Part shown: positions 20,529 through 30,436 of the stretch, piece by piece
Layout: each line of letters opens with the position of its first letter
Position numbering within the stretch: the first letter of the stretch is position 1
Source of the DNA: a virus
Lineage: Duplodnaviria > Heunggongvirae > Uroviricota > Caudoviricetes
IMG/VR virus record: IMGVR_UViG_2909282993_000001
Location: 1-56,388 of that record
DNA: 56,388 nt
Reading direction: 5' to 3' (one strand)
Notes under the pieces: model-generated
What the model was told of the DNA's origin: nothing
The model's input: only the letters and a program-made list of their open reading frames with translations
Databases searched by the model: none
Translations under genes and position numbers: made by a program

Positions 20529-21769
20529 TGTTCTTTTCGGGATTATTTCAACGAAAAAGTGACGCACCGGTGACCACGCCAGCAGAGCTGGCGGATGCTA
20601 TCGGGTTGTCCTACGACACCTATACCGGAAAGCAGATCAGCAGCCAGCGGGCCATGCGACTGACGGCGGTTTTTTCCTGTGTCAGGGTGCTGGCGGAGTC
20701 GGTCGGGATGTTGCCCTGCAACCTGTATCACCTGAACGGCAGTCTGAAGCAGAGAGCCGCTGGCGAACGTCTGCATAAGCTGATCTCCACGCATCCCAAT
20801 GGCTATATGACGCCGCAGGAGTTCTGGGAGCTGGTGGTCACCTGTCTGTGCCTGCGGGGAAACTTTTACGCCTACAAAGTGAAAGCATTTGGCGAAGTGG
20901 CTGAACTGCTGCCCGTCGATCCCGGCTGTGTGGTACCGAAGCTTAACAGTAGCTGGGAGCCGGTCTATCAGGTCACATTCCCGGATGGCTCCACGGATGT
21001 ACTGAGCCAGGAGGATATCTGGCATGTGCGCACGCTGACGCTGGACGGACTGGTGGGGCTGAATCCCATCGCCTATGCCCGCGAGGCAATATCGCTGGCG
21101 GCAGCGACCGAAGAGCACGGGGCCAGACTGTTCAGCAATGGCGCGGTGACGTCGGGTGTGTTGCGTACAGAGCAGACGCTGTCAGATCAGGCTTATGAGC
21201 GCCTGAAGAAAGATTTTGAGGAGCGTCACACCGGGCTTGGCAATGCTCACCGCCCGATGATCCTTGAGATGGGGCTGGACTGGAAGTCGATGGCGCTGAA
21301 CGCCGAGGACAGCCAGTTCCTGGAAACCCGCAAGTTTCAGCTTGAAGAAATCTGTCGTCTGTTCCGGGTGCCGTTGCACATGGTGCAGAACACCGATCGC
21401 GCCACCTTCAACAATATCGAAGAGCTGGGGCTGGGATTTATCAACTATTCACTGGTGCCGTATCTGACCCGCATCGAACAGCGGATCAACACCGGACTAG
21501 TACGAAAAAGTAAGCAGGGCGTTTATTACGCCAAATTTAACGCCGGGGCGTTACTGCGCGGGGATATGAAGTCCCGTTTTGAAGCCTACGCCACCGGGAT
21601 CAACTGGGGAATTTACTCTCCCAATGACTGCCGCGACCTGGAAGATATGAATCCACGACCCGGTGGTGATGTCTATCTCACACCGATGAACATGACCACG
21701 AAACCCTCCGATGGCAGTAAAGCCGGTAAGCAGAAGGATAACGCCAATGCAGACGAAACAACGTCTTGA
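20528..21769 (+). CDS. portal protein (HK97-family-like)
   Basis: 413 aa; position after terminase. Confidence 0.8.
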   Translation: MFFSGLFQRKSDAPVTTPAELADAIGLSYDTYTGKQISSQRAMRLTAVFSCVRVLAESVGMLPCNLYHLNGSLKQRAAGERLHKLISTHPNGYMTPQEFWELVVTCLCLRGNFYAYKVKAFGEVAELLPVDPGCVVPKLNSSWEPVYQVTFPDGSTDVLSQEDIWHVRTLTLDGLVGLNPIAYAREAISLAAATEEHGARLFSNGAVTSGVLRTEQTLSDQAYERLKKDFEERHTGLGNAHRPMILEMGLDWKSMALNAEDSQFLETRKFQLEEICRLFRVPLHMVQNTDRATFNNIEELGLGFINYSLVPYLTRIEQRINTGLVRKSKQGVYYAKFNAGALLRGDMKSRFEAYATGINWGIYSPNDCRDLEDMNPRPGGDVYLTPMNMTTKPSDGSKAGKQKDNANADETTS

Positions 21770-22397
21770 TGTACCGCTGAGTCTGAAATCTGTCAGTGAC
21801 TCCGGTGAGTTTGAAGGGTATGGCTCCGTCTTTGGTGTAAAGGACAGCCACGATGATGTGGTGATGTCCGGGGCATTTGCTGCTTCCCTGCGGGCGTGGA
21901 GTGACAGAAAAGCGTTACCTGCGCTGCTCTGGCAGCACCGCATGGATGAACCCATCGGTGTTTACACTGAAATGAAGGAAGACGATGTCGGGCTTTACGT
22001 CAGGGGACGGTTGCTTATTGATGATGATCCCCTCGCAAAACGCGCACATGCACACATGAAGGCCGGTTCGTTAACCGGCCTTTCTATTGGGTACGTCCTG
22101 AAAGACTGGGAATACGACCGGAGCAAAGAAGCCTTTCTGCTGAAAGAAATCGACCTCTGGGAAGTCAGCCTGGTGACGTTCCCGTCTAACGACGAGGCGC
22201 GGATCAGCGACGTCAAGAACGCACTGGCCCGCGGGGAAATCCCCGAACAGAAAAAAATCGAAAGAGTCCTGCGTGATGTCGGACTCTCCCGTACCCAGGC
22301 CAAAGCATTCATGGCCGGGGGCTATGGCGCACTGTCCCTGCGCGACGCTGAGGATGTGGGCTCTGCACTGAATGCACTGAAAAATCTGAACTTCTAA
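21711..22397 (+). CDS. prohead protease (HK97-family-like)
   Basis: About 216-228 aa between portal and capsid; start possibly at 21747. Confidence 0.7.
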   Translation: MAVKPVSRRITPMQTKQRLDVPLSLKSVSDSGEFEGYGSVFGVKDSHDDVVMSGAFAASLRAWSDRKALPALLWQHRMDEPIGVYTEMKEDDVGLYVRGRLLIDDDPLAKRAHAHMKAGSLTGLSIGYVLKDWEYDRSKEAFLLKEIDLWEVSLVTFPSNDEARISDVKNALARGEIPEQKKIERVLRDVGLSRTQAKAFMAGGYGALSLRDAEDVGSALNALKNLNF

Positions 22398-22411
22398 TCA
22401 GGAGAAATACG

Positions 22412-23617
22412 ATGGCGGTTGATATTAAAGATGTCGAACAGGTCGCGCAGGAGCTGCAGCAGAAGTTTGACGACTTCAAAGCAAAGAACGACAAGCGCGT
22501 GGATGCGATTGAGCAGGAAAAAGGCAAGCTTGCCGGGCAGGTGGAAACCCTGAACGGGAAACTCAGCGAGCTGGAAAATCTCAAAAGCGACCTTGAAAAA
22601 GAGCTGCTTGAGCTGAAACGTCCGGCAGGTGGAGCGCAAAATAAACTGGCCACCGAGCATAAAGAGGCGTTTGTGGGCTTCCTGCGTAAAGGCCGTGAAG
22701 ACGGTCTGCGCGATCTGGAGCGTAAGGCATTGCAGGTGGGTACCGATGAAGACGGTGGCTACGCCGTGCCGGAAGAACTGGATCGCAACATTCTTAACCT
22801 GCTGAAAGATGAAGTTGTGATGCGTCAGGAAGCCACGGTGATCACCGTTGGCGGTTCCGACTACAAAAAACTGGTGAATCTGGGCGGTACGGCTTCCGGA
22901 TGGGTGGGGGAAACGGATACGCGATCCCAGACTGCCACCTCCAGACTGGAGCTGATTGAACCTCTCATGGGGGAAATCTACGGCAACCCGCAGGCTACCC
23001 AGAAAATGCTGGACGATGCCTTCTTCAACGTGGAGGCCTGGATCAACAGCGAGCTGGCAACCGAATTTGCCGAACAGGAAGAAATTGCCTTTACCTCAGG
23101 CGATGGCACCAAGAAGCCGAAAGGGTTCCTGGCGTATGAATCCACCGATGAAACCGACAAGGTCCGGGCGTTCGGCAAACTTCAGCATATTGTATCCGGC
23201 GAAGCTACCGCGGTGACCGCAGACGCCATTATCAAACTGATTTACACGCTGCGTAAGGCACACCGCACTGGCGCGAAGTTCATGATGAACAACAACAGCC
23301 TGTTTGCCATCCGTCTGCTGAAAGACACCGAGGGTAACTATCTGTGGCGTCCGGGGCTGGAACTGGGGCAGCCGTCCTCTCTGGCGGGTTACGGTATCGC
23401 TGAAAACGAACAGATGCCGGATATCGCCGCTGATGCGAAAGCCATTGCATTTGGTAACTTCAAACGGGGTTACACCATCGTTGACCGTATCGGCACCCGC
23501 ATTCTGCGTGACCCGTACACCAATAAACCGTTTGTCGGTTTTTATACCACCAAGCGCACCGGCGGGATGCTGGTCGATTCGCAGGCCATCAAACTGCTGA
23601 AGATTGCAGCGGCGTAA
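22412..23617 (+). CDS. major capsid protein (HK97-fold type)
   Basis: 401 aa; N-terminal coiled delta-domain-like region; position after the protease. Confidence 0.8.
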   Translation: MAVDIKDVEQVAQELQQKFDDFKAKNDKRVDAIEQEKGKLAGQVETLNGKLSELENLKSDLEKELLELKRPAGGAQNKLATEHKEAFVGFLRKGREDGLRDLERKALQVGTDEDGGYAVPEELDRNILNLLKDEVVMRQEATVITVGGSDYKKLVNLGGTASGWVGETDTRSQTATSRLELIEPLMGEIYGNPQATQKMLDDAFFNVEAWINSELATEFAEQEEIAFTSGDGTKKPKGFLAYESTDETDKVRAFGKLQHIVSGEATAVTADAIIKLIYTLRKAHRTGAKFMMNNNSLFAIRLLKDTEGNYLWRPGLELGQPSSLAGYGIAENEQMPDIAADAKAIAFGNFKRGYTIVDRIGTRILRDPYTNKPFVGFYTTKRTGGMLVDSQAIKLLKIAAA

Positions 23618-23624
23618 TCACTCA

Positions 23625-23645
23625 GGGGCGCGGAACCGCGCCCCC
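23625..23645 (+). terminator. GC-rich stem-loop after the capsid gene (possible attenuator)
   Basis: GGGGCGCG-GAACC-CGCGCCCC hairpin; weak T-tract. Confidence 0.35.
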
Positions 23646-23666
23646 TGTTCTGACGGGTGAAGAATC

Positions 23667-23867
23667 ATGATCCTGAAACAAGATCTGAAATGGTCACCGG
23701 ACGGTATGCGTGTTGAGGTCATTCGGGCCGGTGAGTATGACGACGGGGCGCTTCCTGCCCGGGTGCAGGAGATTGCACTTCAGGCCGGGTTAGCAGAGCG
23801 CGGAATCAGTGCAAAAAGCAGTAAAGCGGCAAAAGAGAAAAAAGCCACGACCAGTAAAGAGGGCTGA
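23667..23867 (+). CDS. small head-associated hypothetical protein
   Basis: 66-aa ORF in the head module. Confidence 0.4.
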   Translation: MILKQDLKWSPDGMRVEVIRAGEYDDGALPARVQEIALQAGLAERGISAKSSKAAKEKKATTSKEG

Positions 23868-23869
23868 GT

Positions 23870-24193
23870 ATGCTTCTGACAATGGAAGAGATTAAAGCCC
23901 AACTCCGGCTGGATGAGGATTTCGATACTGATGACCGCCATCTGCAACTGCTGGCATGTGCGGCACAAAAGCGGACGGAAACGTATCTGAACCGGAAGCT
24001 CTATGCACCGGATGAAACCATTCCGGACAGCGATCCGGACGGGCTGCACCTGCCGGATGATATTCGTCTGGGGATGCTGATGCTTATCAGCCATTTTTAC
24101 GAAAACCGCTCGTCGGTTACGGAAGTGGAGAAACTCGACATGCCGCAGAGTTTTGGCTGGCTTGTCGGCCCGTACAGGTACTTTCCGCAATGA
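23870..24193 (+). CDS. head-tail connector (gp6-like)
   Basis: 107 aa; position and recalled family pattern. Confidence 0.6.
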   Translation: MLLTMEEIKAQLRLDEDFDTDDRHLQLLACAAQKRTETYLNRKLYAPDETIPDSDPDGLHLPDDIRLGMLMLISHFYENRSSVTEVEKLDMPQSFGWLVGPYRYFPQ

Positions 24194-24600
24194 AAATTCG
24201 TCAGGCGCAGACCAGCGCAACCTACATTCTGCCGGACCCCGGTGAACTGAATAAACGCGTCCTGATCCGCCTGCGGGTGGATATGCCCGCGGATAACTTT
24301 GGCGTGGAGCCTCAATACCCGGTTACGTTCCGGACATGGGCGAAGGTTATCCAGACCAGTGCCACCACCTGGCAGGAAACCGCGCAGACCGGGGACGCCA
24401 TCACCCATTACATCACTATTCGTTACCGCCGGGGGATCACCGCTGATTATGAGGTGGTCTGCGGTGACAGTGTGTACCGGGTGAAACGTCAGCGCGATCT
24501 GAACGGGGCGCGGCGCTTTCTGCTGCTGGAGTGTACGGAGCTGGGCGAATGTAGGCAGAGTCACGGAGGCAACAATGACGACTTCCTTTTTGCACGTTGA
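24190..24600 (+). CDS. head closure / head-tail adaptor protein
   Basis: 136-aa ORF, translationally coupled in the head-tail joining module. Confidence 0.55.
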   Translation: MKIRQAQTSATYILPDPGELNKRVLIRLRVDMPADNFGVEPQYPVTFRTWAKVIQTSATTWQETAQTGDAITHYITIRYRRGITADYEVVCGDSVYRVKRQRDLNGARRFLLLECTELGECRQSHGGNNDDFLFAR

Positions 24601-25081
24601 TTTTCAGCAGCCCGCGGAGATGCGCTTTAACCGCGCCCGTGTCCGGCGGGCGTTTGTCACGATTGGTCAGCGTCATATGCGTGATGCCCGTCGGCTGGTG
24701 ATGCGCCGTGCGCGGTCGGCACCGGGTGAAAACCCCGGTTATCAGACCGGACGCCTGGCTCGTTCGATTGGTTACATGGTACCCAGAGCCAGTAAACATC
24801 GCCCTGGTTTTATGGCACGTATAGCCCCTAACCAGCGTAATGGAGAGGGAAACCGCCGTATCACCGGTGATTTTTATCCGGCTTTTTTGTTCTATGGCGT
24901 GAGGCGAGGGGCAAAGCGTCGTCGCAGCCATCATCGTGGTGCATCCGGTGGCAGCGGCTGGCGACTGGCTCCACGTAATAACTTCATGGTGGAAACGCTT
25001 GAAAAGAACCGCAGCTGGACACGCTATTTTCTGGCGCGGGAATTGCGTAAATCACTGAAGCCGGAGCGACGACACAGATGA
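24575..25081 (+). CDS. HK97 gp10-like neck protein
   Basis: 168 aa; position. Confidence 0.5.
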   Translation: MTTSFLHVDFQQPAEMRFNRARVRRAFVTIGQRHMRDARRLVMRRARSAPGENPGYQTGRLARSIGYMVPRASKHRPGFMARIAPNQRNGEGNRRITGDFYPAFLFYGVRRGAKRRRSHHRGASGGSGWRLAPRNNFMVETLEKNRSWTRYFLARELRKSLKPERRHR

Positions 25082-25638
25082 AACTGACGCCTGTTATTGC
25101 TGCACTGCGTGCCCGTTGTCCGTATTTTGAAAACCGGGTTGCAGGCGCGGCCCAGTTCAAAAATCTGCCGGAGGTCGGAAAGCTGAAACTCCCGGCGGCA
25201 TATGTTGTACCGGGTGATGATTCTCCGGGAGAAAACAAAAGCCAGACCGACTACTGGCAGGAGCTGAAAGAGGGCTTCTCCGTGGTTGTCATACTGAGTA
25301 ACGGGCGTGATGAGCGCGGTCAGTTTGCTTCGTATGATGTGGTGGACGATGTCCGGCAGATGCTCTTTAAGGCCCTGCTGGGCTGGAACCCGGAAGCGTG
25401 CGGTAACCCGATTAACTATGACGGCGGCACGCTGCTGGATCTGAATCGTCATGAGCTGATTTATCAGTTCGATTTTTCGATCATCAGCGAGCTGACTGAA
25501 GACGATACCCGCCAGCAGGATGACCTGAACAGTCTGGATGAACTGCGAACGCTGGCGATTGATGTTGATTATCTCGATCCCGGTAACGGGCCTGACGGCG
25601 ATATCGAACATCACACCGAAATAACCCTTCCTTCCTGA
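25078..25638 (+). CDS. tail completion-like protein
   Basis: 186 aa upstream of the sheath gene. Confidence 0.5.
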   Translation: MKLTPVIAALRARCPYFENRVAGAAQFKNLPEVGKLKLPAAYVVPGDDSPGENKSQTDYWQELKEGFSVVVILSNGRDERGQFASYDVVDDVRQMLFKALLGWNPEACGNPINYDGGTLLDLNRHELIYQFDFSIISELTEDDTRQQDDLNSLDELRTLAIDVDYLDPGNGPDGDIEHHTEITLPS

Positions 25639-25646
25639 GAATCTTC

Positions 25647-25817
25647 ATGTTTGTGAAACCTGTTAAAGGGCGGTCAGTGCCTGACCCTGCCCGCGGTGAC
25701 CTTTTGCCCGCCGAAGGGCGAAATGTTGACGAGAACAACTACTGGCTGCGCCGTGAAGCAGCGGGTGATATCCGGCGCGTGAATAAAAAGGTGAACACCG
25801 ATGACGATAAGCTTTAA
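25647..25817 (+). CDS. small protein preceding the sheath gene
   Basis: 56-codon ORF not in the track (below its length cutoff), starting MFVKPVKGR; overlaps the sheath start. Confidence 0.35.
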   Translation: MFVKPVKGRSVPDPARGDLLPAEGRNVDENNYWLRREAAGDIRRVNKKVNTDDDKL

Positions 25818-27297
25818 CACCATTCCGTCGAATACGCTGGTTCCGCTGTTTTATGCGGAAATGGATAACCAGGCGGCGAATACTGCACAGGACAGCGGAG
25901 CATCGCTGCTGATTGGTCATGCCAATAACGGTGCAGAGATTGTTGCCAACAGTCTGGTGCTGATGCCGTCGGCAGACTATGCACGCCAGATTTGTGGTGC
26001 GGGAAGTCAGCTGGCGCGTATGGTCGAGGCTTATCGCCAGACCGACCCGTTTGGTGAACTGTATGTAATTGCCGTTCCTGAATCCACGGGCGCGGCGGCA
26101 ACGGTTACGCTGACGGTGACCGGGGCGGCAACCGAAACCGGCACGGTGAATGTTTATGTGGGACGTACCCGCGTGCAGGCACCGGTGACCAACGGCGATA
26201 ACGTCACGACGATTGCCAGCAGTATCAAAGATGCCATTAATGCCGTTCCGGCCCTGCCGTTTACGGCCTCATCTTCGGCAGGCGTGGTCACGCTGACCGC
26301 GCGTCATAAGGGGCTTTGCGGGAATGAAATTCCTGTCAGCCTCAATTACTACGGCTTTGGTGGGGGCGAAGTGCTGCCAGCGGGCGTACAGATTGCTGTG
26401 GCGACGGGGAGCGCCGGAACGGGCGCTCCGGTTCTCACCGGCGCGGTGGCTGCAATGGCGGATGAGCCGTTTGATTATATTGGCCTGCCGTTCAACGACA
26501 CGGCCTCCGTTAACACGCTGGTGACAGAGATGAACGATACCAGCGGTCGCTGGAGCTATGCGCGTCAGCTGTATGGTCATGTGTATACGGCAAAGATCGG
26601 CACGCTGTCAGAACTGGTGAACGCAGGTGACCAGTTTAACCAGCAGCACATTACCCTGGCGGGATACGAAAAAGAGACCCAGACGCCTGCCGACGAGCTG
26701 GCGGCAAGCCGTACCGCCCGCGCAGCGGTGTTTATTCGCAACGATCCGGCACGTCCCACGCAGACCGGTGAGCTGGTGGGTATGCTGCCTGCGCCGAAGG
26801 GGAAACGGTTCACGATGACCGAACAACAGACCCTGCTGTCTCATGGCGTGGCAACGGCGTATGTCGAAAGCGGGGTGCTGCGCATTCAGCGTGATGTCAC
26901 CACGTACAGGAAAAACGCTTACGGTGTTGCGGATAACAGCTACCTCGACAGCGAGACGCTGCATACCAGCGCGTATGTGCTGCGCAAACTGAAATCCGTC
27001 ATTACCAGTAAGTACGGGCGTCACAAGCTTGCCAGCGACGGTACCCGCTTTGGTCCCGGTCAGGCGATTGTCACACCGGCGGTGATCAAAGGGGAACTGC
27101 TGGCAACCTACCGTCAGCTTGAGCGTGCGGGGATCGTGGAAAACTACGAACTGTTTAAGCAGTACCTGGTTGTGGAGCGTGATGCCAGCGATCCGAACCG
27201 CCTGAACACGCTGTTCCCGCCTGACTATGTTAACCAGTTGCGTGTCTTTGCCGTGGTTAACCAGTTCCGTCTTCAGTATTCAGAGGAGTCTGCATAA
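25801..27297 (+). CDS. contractile tail sheath protein
   Basis: 498 aa; followed by tube, chaperone and tape measure in canonical myovirus order. Confidence 0.8.
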   Translation: MTISFNTIPSNTLVPLFYAEMDNQAANTAQDSGASLLIGHANNGAEIVANSLVLMPSADYARQICGAGSQLARMVEAYRQTDPFGELYVIAVPESTGAAATVTLTVTGAATETGTVNVYVGRTRVQAPVTNGDNVTTIASSIKDAINAVPALPFTASSSAGVVTLTARHKGLCGNEIPVSLNYYGFGGGEVLPAGVQIAVATGSAGTGAPVLTGAVAAMADEPFDYIGLPFNDTASVNTLVTEMNDTSGRWSYARQLYGHVYTAKIGTLSELVNAGDQFNQQHITLAGYEKETQTPADELAASRTARAAVFIRNDPARPTQTGELVGMLPAPKGKRFTMTEQQTLLSHGVATAYVESGVLRIQRDVTTYRKNAYGVADNSYLDSETLHTSAYVLRKLKSVITSKYGRHKLASDGTRFGPGQAIVTPAVIKGELLATYRQLERAGIVENYELFKQYLVVERDASDPNRLNTLFPPDYVNQLRVFAVVNQFRLQYSEESA

Positions 27298-27653
27298 TGG
27301 CCCGTATCGGGGGAACCTGTTATTTCAAAATTGACGGTCAGCAGCTATCGCTGACCGGCGGCATTGAGGTGCCCATGAACAGGACGGTCAATGATGACAT
27401 CATCGGCCTGGACGGTTCAGTGGACCGCAAGGAAACTCACCGTGCGCCTTATGTCAAAGGGACCTTCAAGGTGCCGAAGAATTTTCCGGTGAGCAAAATC
27501 ACCTCGTCGGATGAGATGACCATCACTGCCGAGCTGGCGAACGGTCAGGTCTATGTATTGTCGTCCGCCTGGCTGCACGGCGAAGCGAACCATAATGCCG
27601 AAGAAGGCACGGTTGATCTTGAGTTCCACGGTGAAGAAGGGGATTACCAGTAA
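27297..27653 (+). CDS. tail tube protein
   Basis: 118 aa directly after the sheath. Confidence 0.75.
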   Translation: MARIGGTCYFKIDGQQLSLTGGIEVPMNRTVNDDIIGLDGSVDRKETHRAPYVKGTFKVPKNFPVSKITSSDEMTITAELANGQVYVLSSAWLHGEANHNAEEGTVDLEFHGEEGDYQ

Positions 27654-27922
27654 TGAAAGAGCTTGAGTTAAAGAAACCGATTATCGCTCATGGTGAGACA
27701 CTCTCCGTACTGGAGTTTGATGAACCCACCGGGAAGGATGTCCGCGAGCTGGGGTATCCCTACCAGATGAATCAGGATGAGTCAGTCAGACTTCTGGCGC
27801 ATGTGGTGTCGAAATACATTGTGCGGCTGGCGAAAGTGCCGCAAAGCTCTGTCGACCAGATGTCTCCGGCAGACCTGAATGCAGCGGCGTGGCTTGTGGC
27901 TGGTTTTTTCCTCCAGGCCTGA
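27653..27922 (+). CDS. tail assembly chaperone (short form)
   Basis: 89 aa between tube and tape measure; slippery TTTTTTC near its 3' end. Confidence 0.6.
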   Translation: MKELELKKPIIAHGETLSVLEFDEPTGKDVRELGYPYQMNQDESVRLLAHVVSKYIVRLAKVPQSSVDQMSPADLNAAAWLVAGFFLQA

Positions 27923-28077
27923 CGGCTGAATACCTCACTGATCGCTTCTTTGACTGCGCCAGCTACTGGCGCATTAATCCTTTCGAATTGCTGAATATGC
28001 CGATCAGTGAAATTCCCTTGCTGGTCAGTCAGGCAAACAGGATAGAGCAGGAGAAACGCACACATGGCGGAATTTGA
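27653..28077 (+). CDS. tail assembly chaperone, predicted -1 frameshift fusion product
   Basis: Slippery heptamer T-TTT-TTC at about 27910..27916, three codons before the stop; the -1 frame continues to 28077, overlapping the tape measure start. Confidence 0.45.
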
Positions 28078-29896
28078 GCTTAAGGCGTTGATCACCGGTG
28101 TCGACAGGCTTTCTCCCGCGCTGTCGAAAATGCAAAAGAAAATCCGGGGATTTAAACGCCAGGCGGAAGAAGCGTCACAGGGTGGGCTGGCGCTTGGTGG
28201 CGGACTGGCAGCGGGTCTGACGCTTTCCCTGAAATCTTATGCCGATCAGGAAAACGCCGCCACCGGGCTGAAAGTCGCCATGATGGATGCGAACGGCGAG
28301 GTCGGAAAGAGCTTTCAGGACATCAATAAACTGGCTATTGGCCTGGGTAACCAGCTACCCGGTACAACGGCTGATTTCCAGAACATGATGCAGATGCTGG
28401 TGCGTCAGGGGATCCCGGCAGAAAACATTCTTGGCGGTGTGGGTAAAGCGACAGCTTATCTTGCGGTACAACTGAAAAAAACACCGGAAGCGGCTGCTGA
28501 GTTTGCTGCAAAGATGCAGGATGCTACCGGAACGGCGTCAGAAGACATGATGGGGCTGTTCGACACTATCCAGAAGGCGTTTTATCTGGGTGTTGACGAT
28601 ACCAACATGTTGTCCTTCTTCACTAAAACCAGCTCTGTTCTGAAGATGGTGAACAAGGACGGTCTTCAGGCTGCACAGAGCCTTGCCCCCATAAGCGTCA
28701 TGATGGATCAGATGGGGATGAACGGGGAGTCGGCAGGTAATGCCCTGCGAAAAGTTATCCAGTCCGGATTAAGTGTTAAGAAAATCAGGGACGTCAATAA
28801 AGTCATGGCCCGCCAGAAACTCGGGGTACAGCTCGATTTTACTGACGGCAAAGGAAGTTTTGGCGGTCTTGATAACATGTTCAGGCAACTGGCAAAGTTG
28901 CGAAAACTGACCGACGTTAAGCGAACAGGCGTACTTAAGGCAATATTTGGTGATGATGCCGAAACCCTTCAGGTGGTCAATGCCCTGATCGATAAAGGAA
29001 AGGATGGCTACGATCAGATCCAGCAGAAGATGAATAAACAGGCCAGCCTGAATAAACGTGTTCAGGCTCAGCTTGGTACGCTGTCCAACCTGTGGGAGGC
29101 AATGACGGGGACCGCAACTAACGGTCTTGCAGCTATTGGCGGCGCATTTTCTGGTGACGCTAAAAATATCACGCAATGGCTGGGGGAGTTGGGGGAAAAA
29201 TTCACGAAGTTTGCGGATGAAAATCCCCGGGTTATTCGCGGCGTCGTCGGGCTTGCTGCCGGTCTTGCGATTCTGAAACTGGGATTGATGGGCGTTGGCG
29301 GTGCCATCAGTATTGTCAGCAGGATCATGTCGATGACGCCGATTGGCATGATTGCGACGGCGATAGCCCTGGCTGCGGGATTAATTATCACTAACTGGGA
29401 TGTTGTCGGACCTTATTTTAAGAAACTCTGGGAAACCATTGGTCCTTATTTTGAGGCTGGCTGGGAACTCCTTAAGAAAGTTTTTGCCTGGTCGCCGCTG
29501 GGGATGGTGATCAATAACTGGGGGCCGGTTGTTAAGTGGTTTCAGGATATGTGGGACAAGCTGAAGCCAATTATTGAGTGGTTTACCGACAGTTCCGGTG
29601 ACACGGTCGATGCCATTAACTCTGCGCAGTGGGGCGCGGGTGCTTATGATGCTTATGGGACAGGAATACCGACGCGGGGATACACACCTTATCCGGCGGT
29701 AGATCCGGCTCAGTCAAACAACGCCTCCGATGCCACAGGCCCGAATCCCTTCATGATTAACAAAGCTATCGCGCCAAAAGTTGATGGCGAGATCAAGGTT
29801 TCATTTATGAATATGCCACCAGGTATGCGGGTTACGGAAACACGTTCCAGTGGCATTGATATTAATCACGATGTTGGGTACACCAGATTTAGGTAA
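28064..29896 (+). CDS. tail tape measure protein
   Basis: 610 aa; Ala/Gly-rich with hydrophobic segments. Confidence 0.8.
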   Translation: MAEFELKALITGVDRLSPALSKMQKKIRGFKRQAEEASQGGLALGGGLAAGLTLSLKSYADQENAATGLKVAMMDANGEVGKSFQDINKLAIGLGNQLPGTTADFQNMMQMLVRQGIPAENILGGVGKATAYLAVQLKKTPEAAAEFAAKMQDATGTASEDMMGLFDTIQKAFYLGVDDTNMLSFFTKTSSVLKMVNKDGLQAAQSLAPISVMMDQMGMNGESAGNALRKVIQSGLSVKKIRDVNKVMARQKLGVQLDFTDGKGSFGGLDNMFRQLAKLRKLTDVKRTGVLKAIFGDDAETLQVVNALIDKGKDGYDQIQQKMNKQASLNKRVQAQLGTLSNLWEAMTGTATNGLAAIGGAFSGDAKNITQWLGELGEKFTKFADENPRVIRGVVGLAAGLAILKLGLMGVGGAISIVSRIMSMTPIGMIATAIALAAGLIITNWDVVGPYFKKLWETIGPYFEAGWELLKKVFAWSPLGMVINNWGPVVKWFQDMWDKLKPIIEWFTDSSGDTVDAINSAQWGAGAYDAYGTGIPTRGYTPYPAVDPAQSNNASDATGPNPFMINKAIAPKVDGEIKVSFMNMPPGMRVTETRSSGIDINHDVGYTRFR

Positions 29897-29927
29897 AGAC
29901 GAACAGGGAGGGTCGCCCCCCCTGAAC

Positions 29928-30374
29928 TTACTGTGCGAACACGCAATTTCGGCCTGATGGGGAGCCGACAATTCTGGACATTTTTTCGCAAATAACAGTT
30001 ACTTGTTCTCCTTTTTTAAGAGCAGCAGCTGTTGATTTTTCAGAGTCTTGCATCTCCATTCTTGCTGGCATGAATTCATTTTCAGTTCTGAATTTAATAA
30101 TTATAGAGTCAGTAAAGTCCTTATCAATGGATTGTACGATACCTCTAACGGCGATTAATTTACCTTTTAACTGTTCATCGGTAGCGACTTCGTTTTCTTC
30201 ATACTCTTTAAACAGCTGTCGAGCAGTAGTGTTGTAGATTTCTTTTTGCGGTGCCGCAGCTTCCGTATCGGATGAGTATGAAGAATTAGAGCCTTTATCG
30301 TTATTGCCTGCAAAATATCCAATAATCACCAACCCGATGAAAATATATAAAATCCATTTTAATAATTTCTTCAT
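29928..30374 (-). CDS. membrane-anchored small protein, opposite-strand cargo gene in the tail module
   Basis: 148 aa; N-terminal signal/TM (MKKLLKWILYIFIGLVIIGYF); AT-rich; antisense to the tail operon. Confidence 0.6.
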   Translation of the reverse strand: MKKLLKWILYIFIGLVIIGYFAGNNDKGSNSSYSSDTEAAAPQKEIYNTTARQLFKEYEENEVATDEQLKGKLIAVRGIVQSIDKDFTDSIIIKFRTENEFMPARMEMQDSEKSTAAALKKGEQVTVICEKMSRIVGSPSGRNCVFAQ

Positions 30375-30436
30375 GTTATCACCTTAATGCTAATAATTTA
30401 TATAGTTACAAATGGTAATGGCTACCACTACAAATT

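Noticed and set aside
20543..21118. 191-aa minus-strand ORF inside the portal gene
   Set aside because: Antisense to a confident structural gene; no independent start signals
24437..25614. Long minus-strand ORFs (165 aa and 196 aa) antisense to head-tail genes
   Set aside because: They lie entirely within well-supported plus-strand structural genes in GC-rich DNA; typical antisense-frame artefacts
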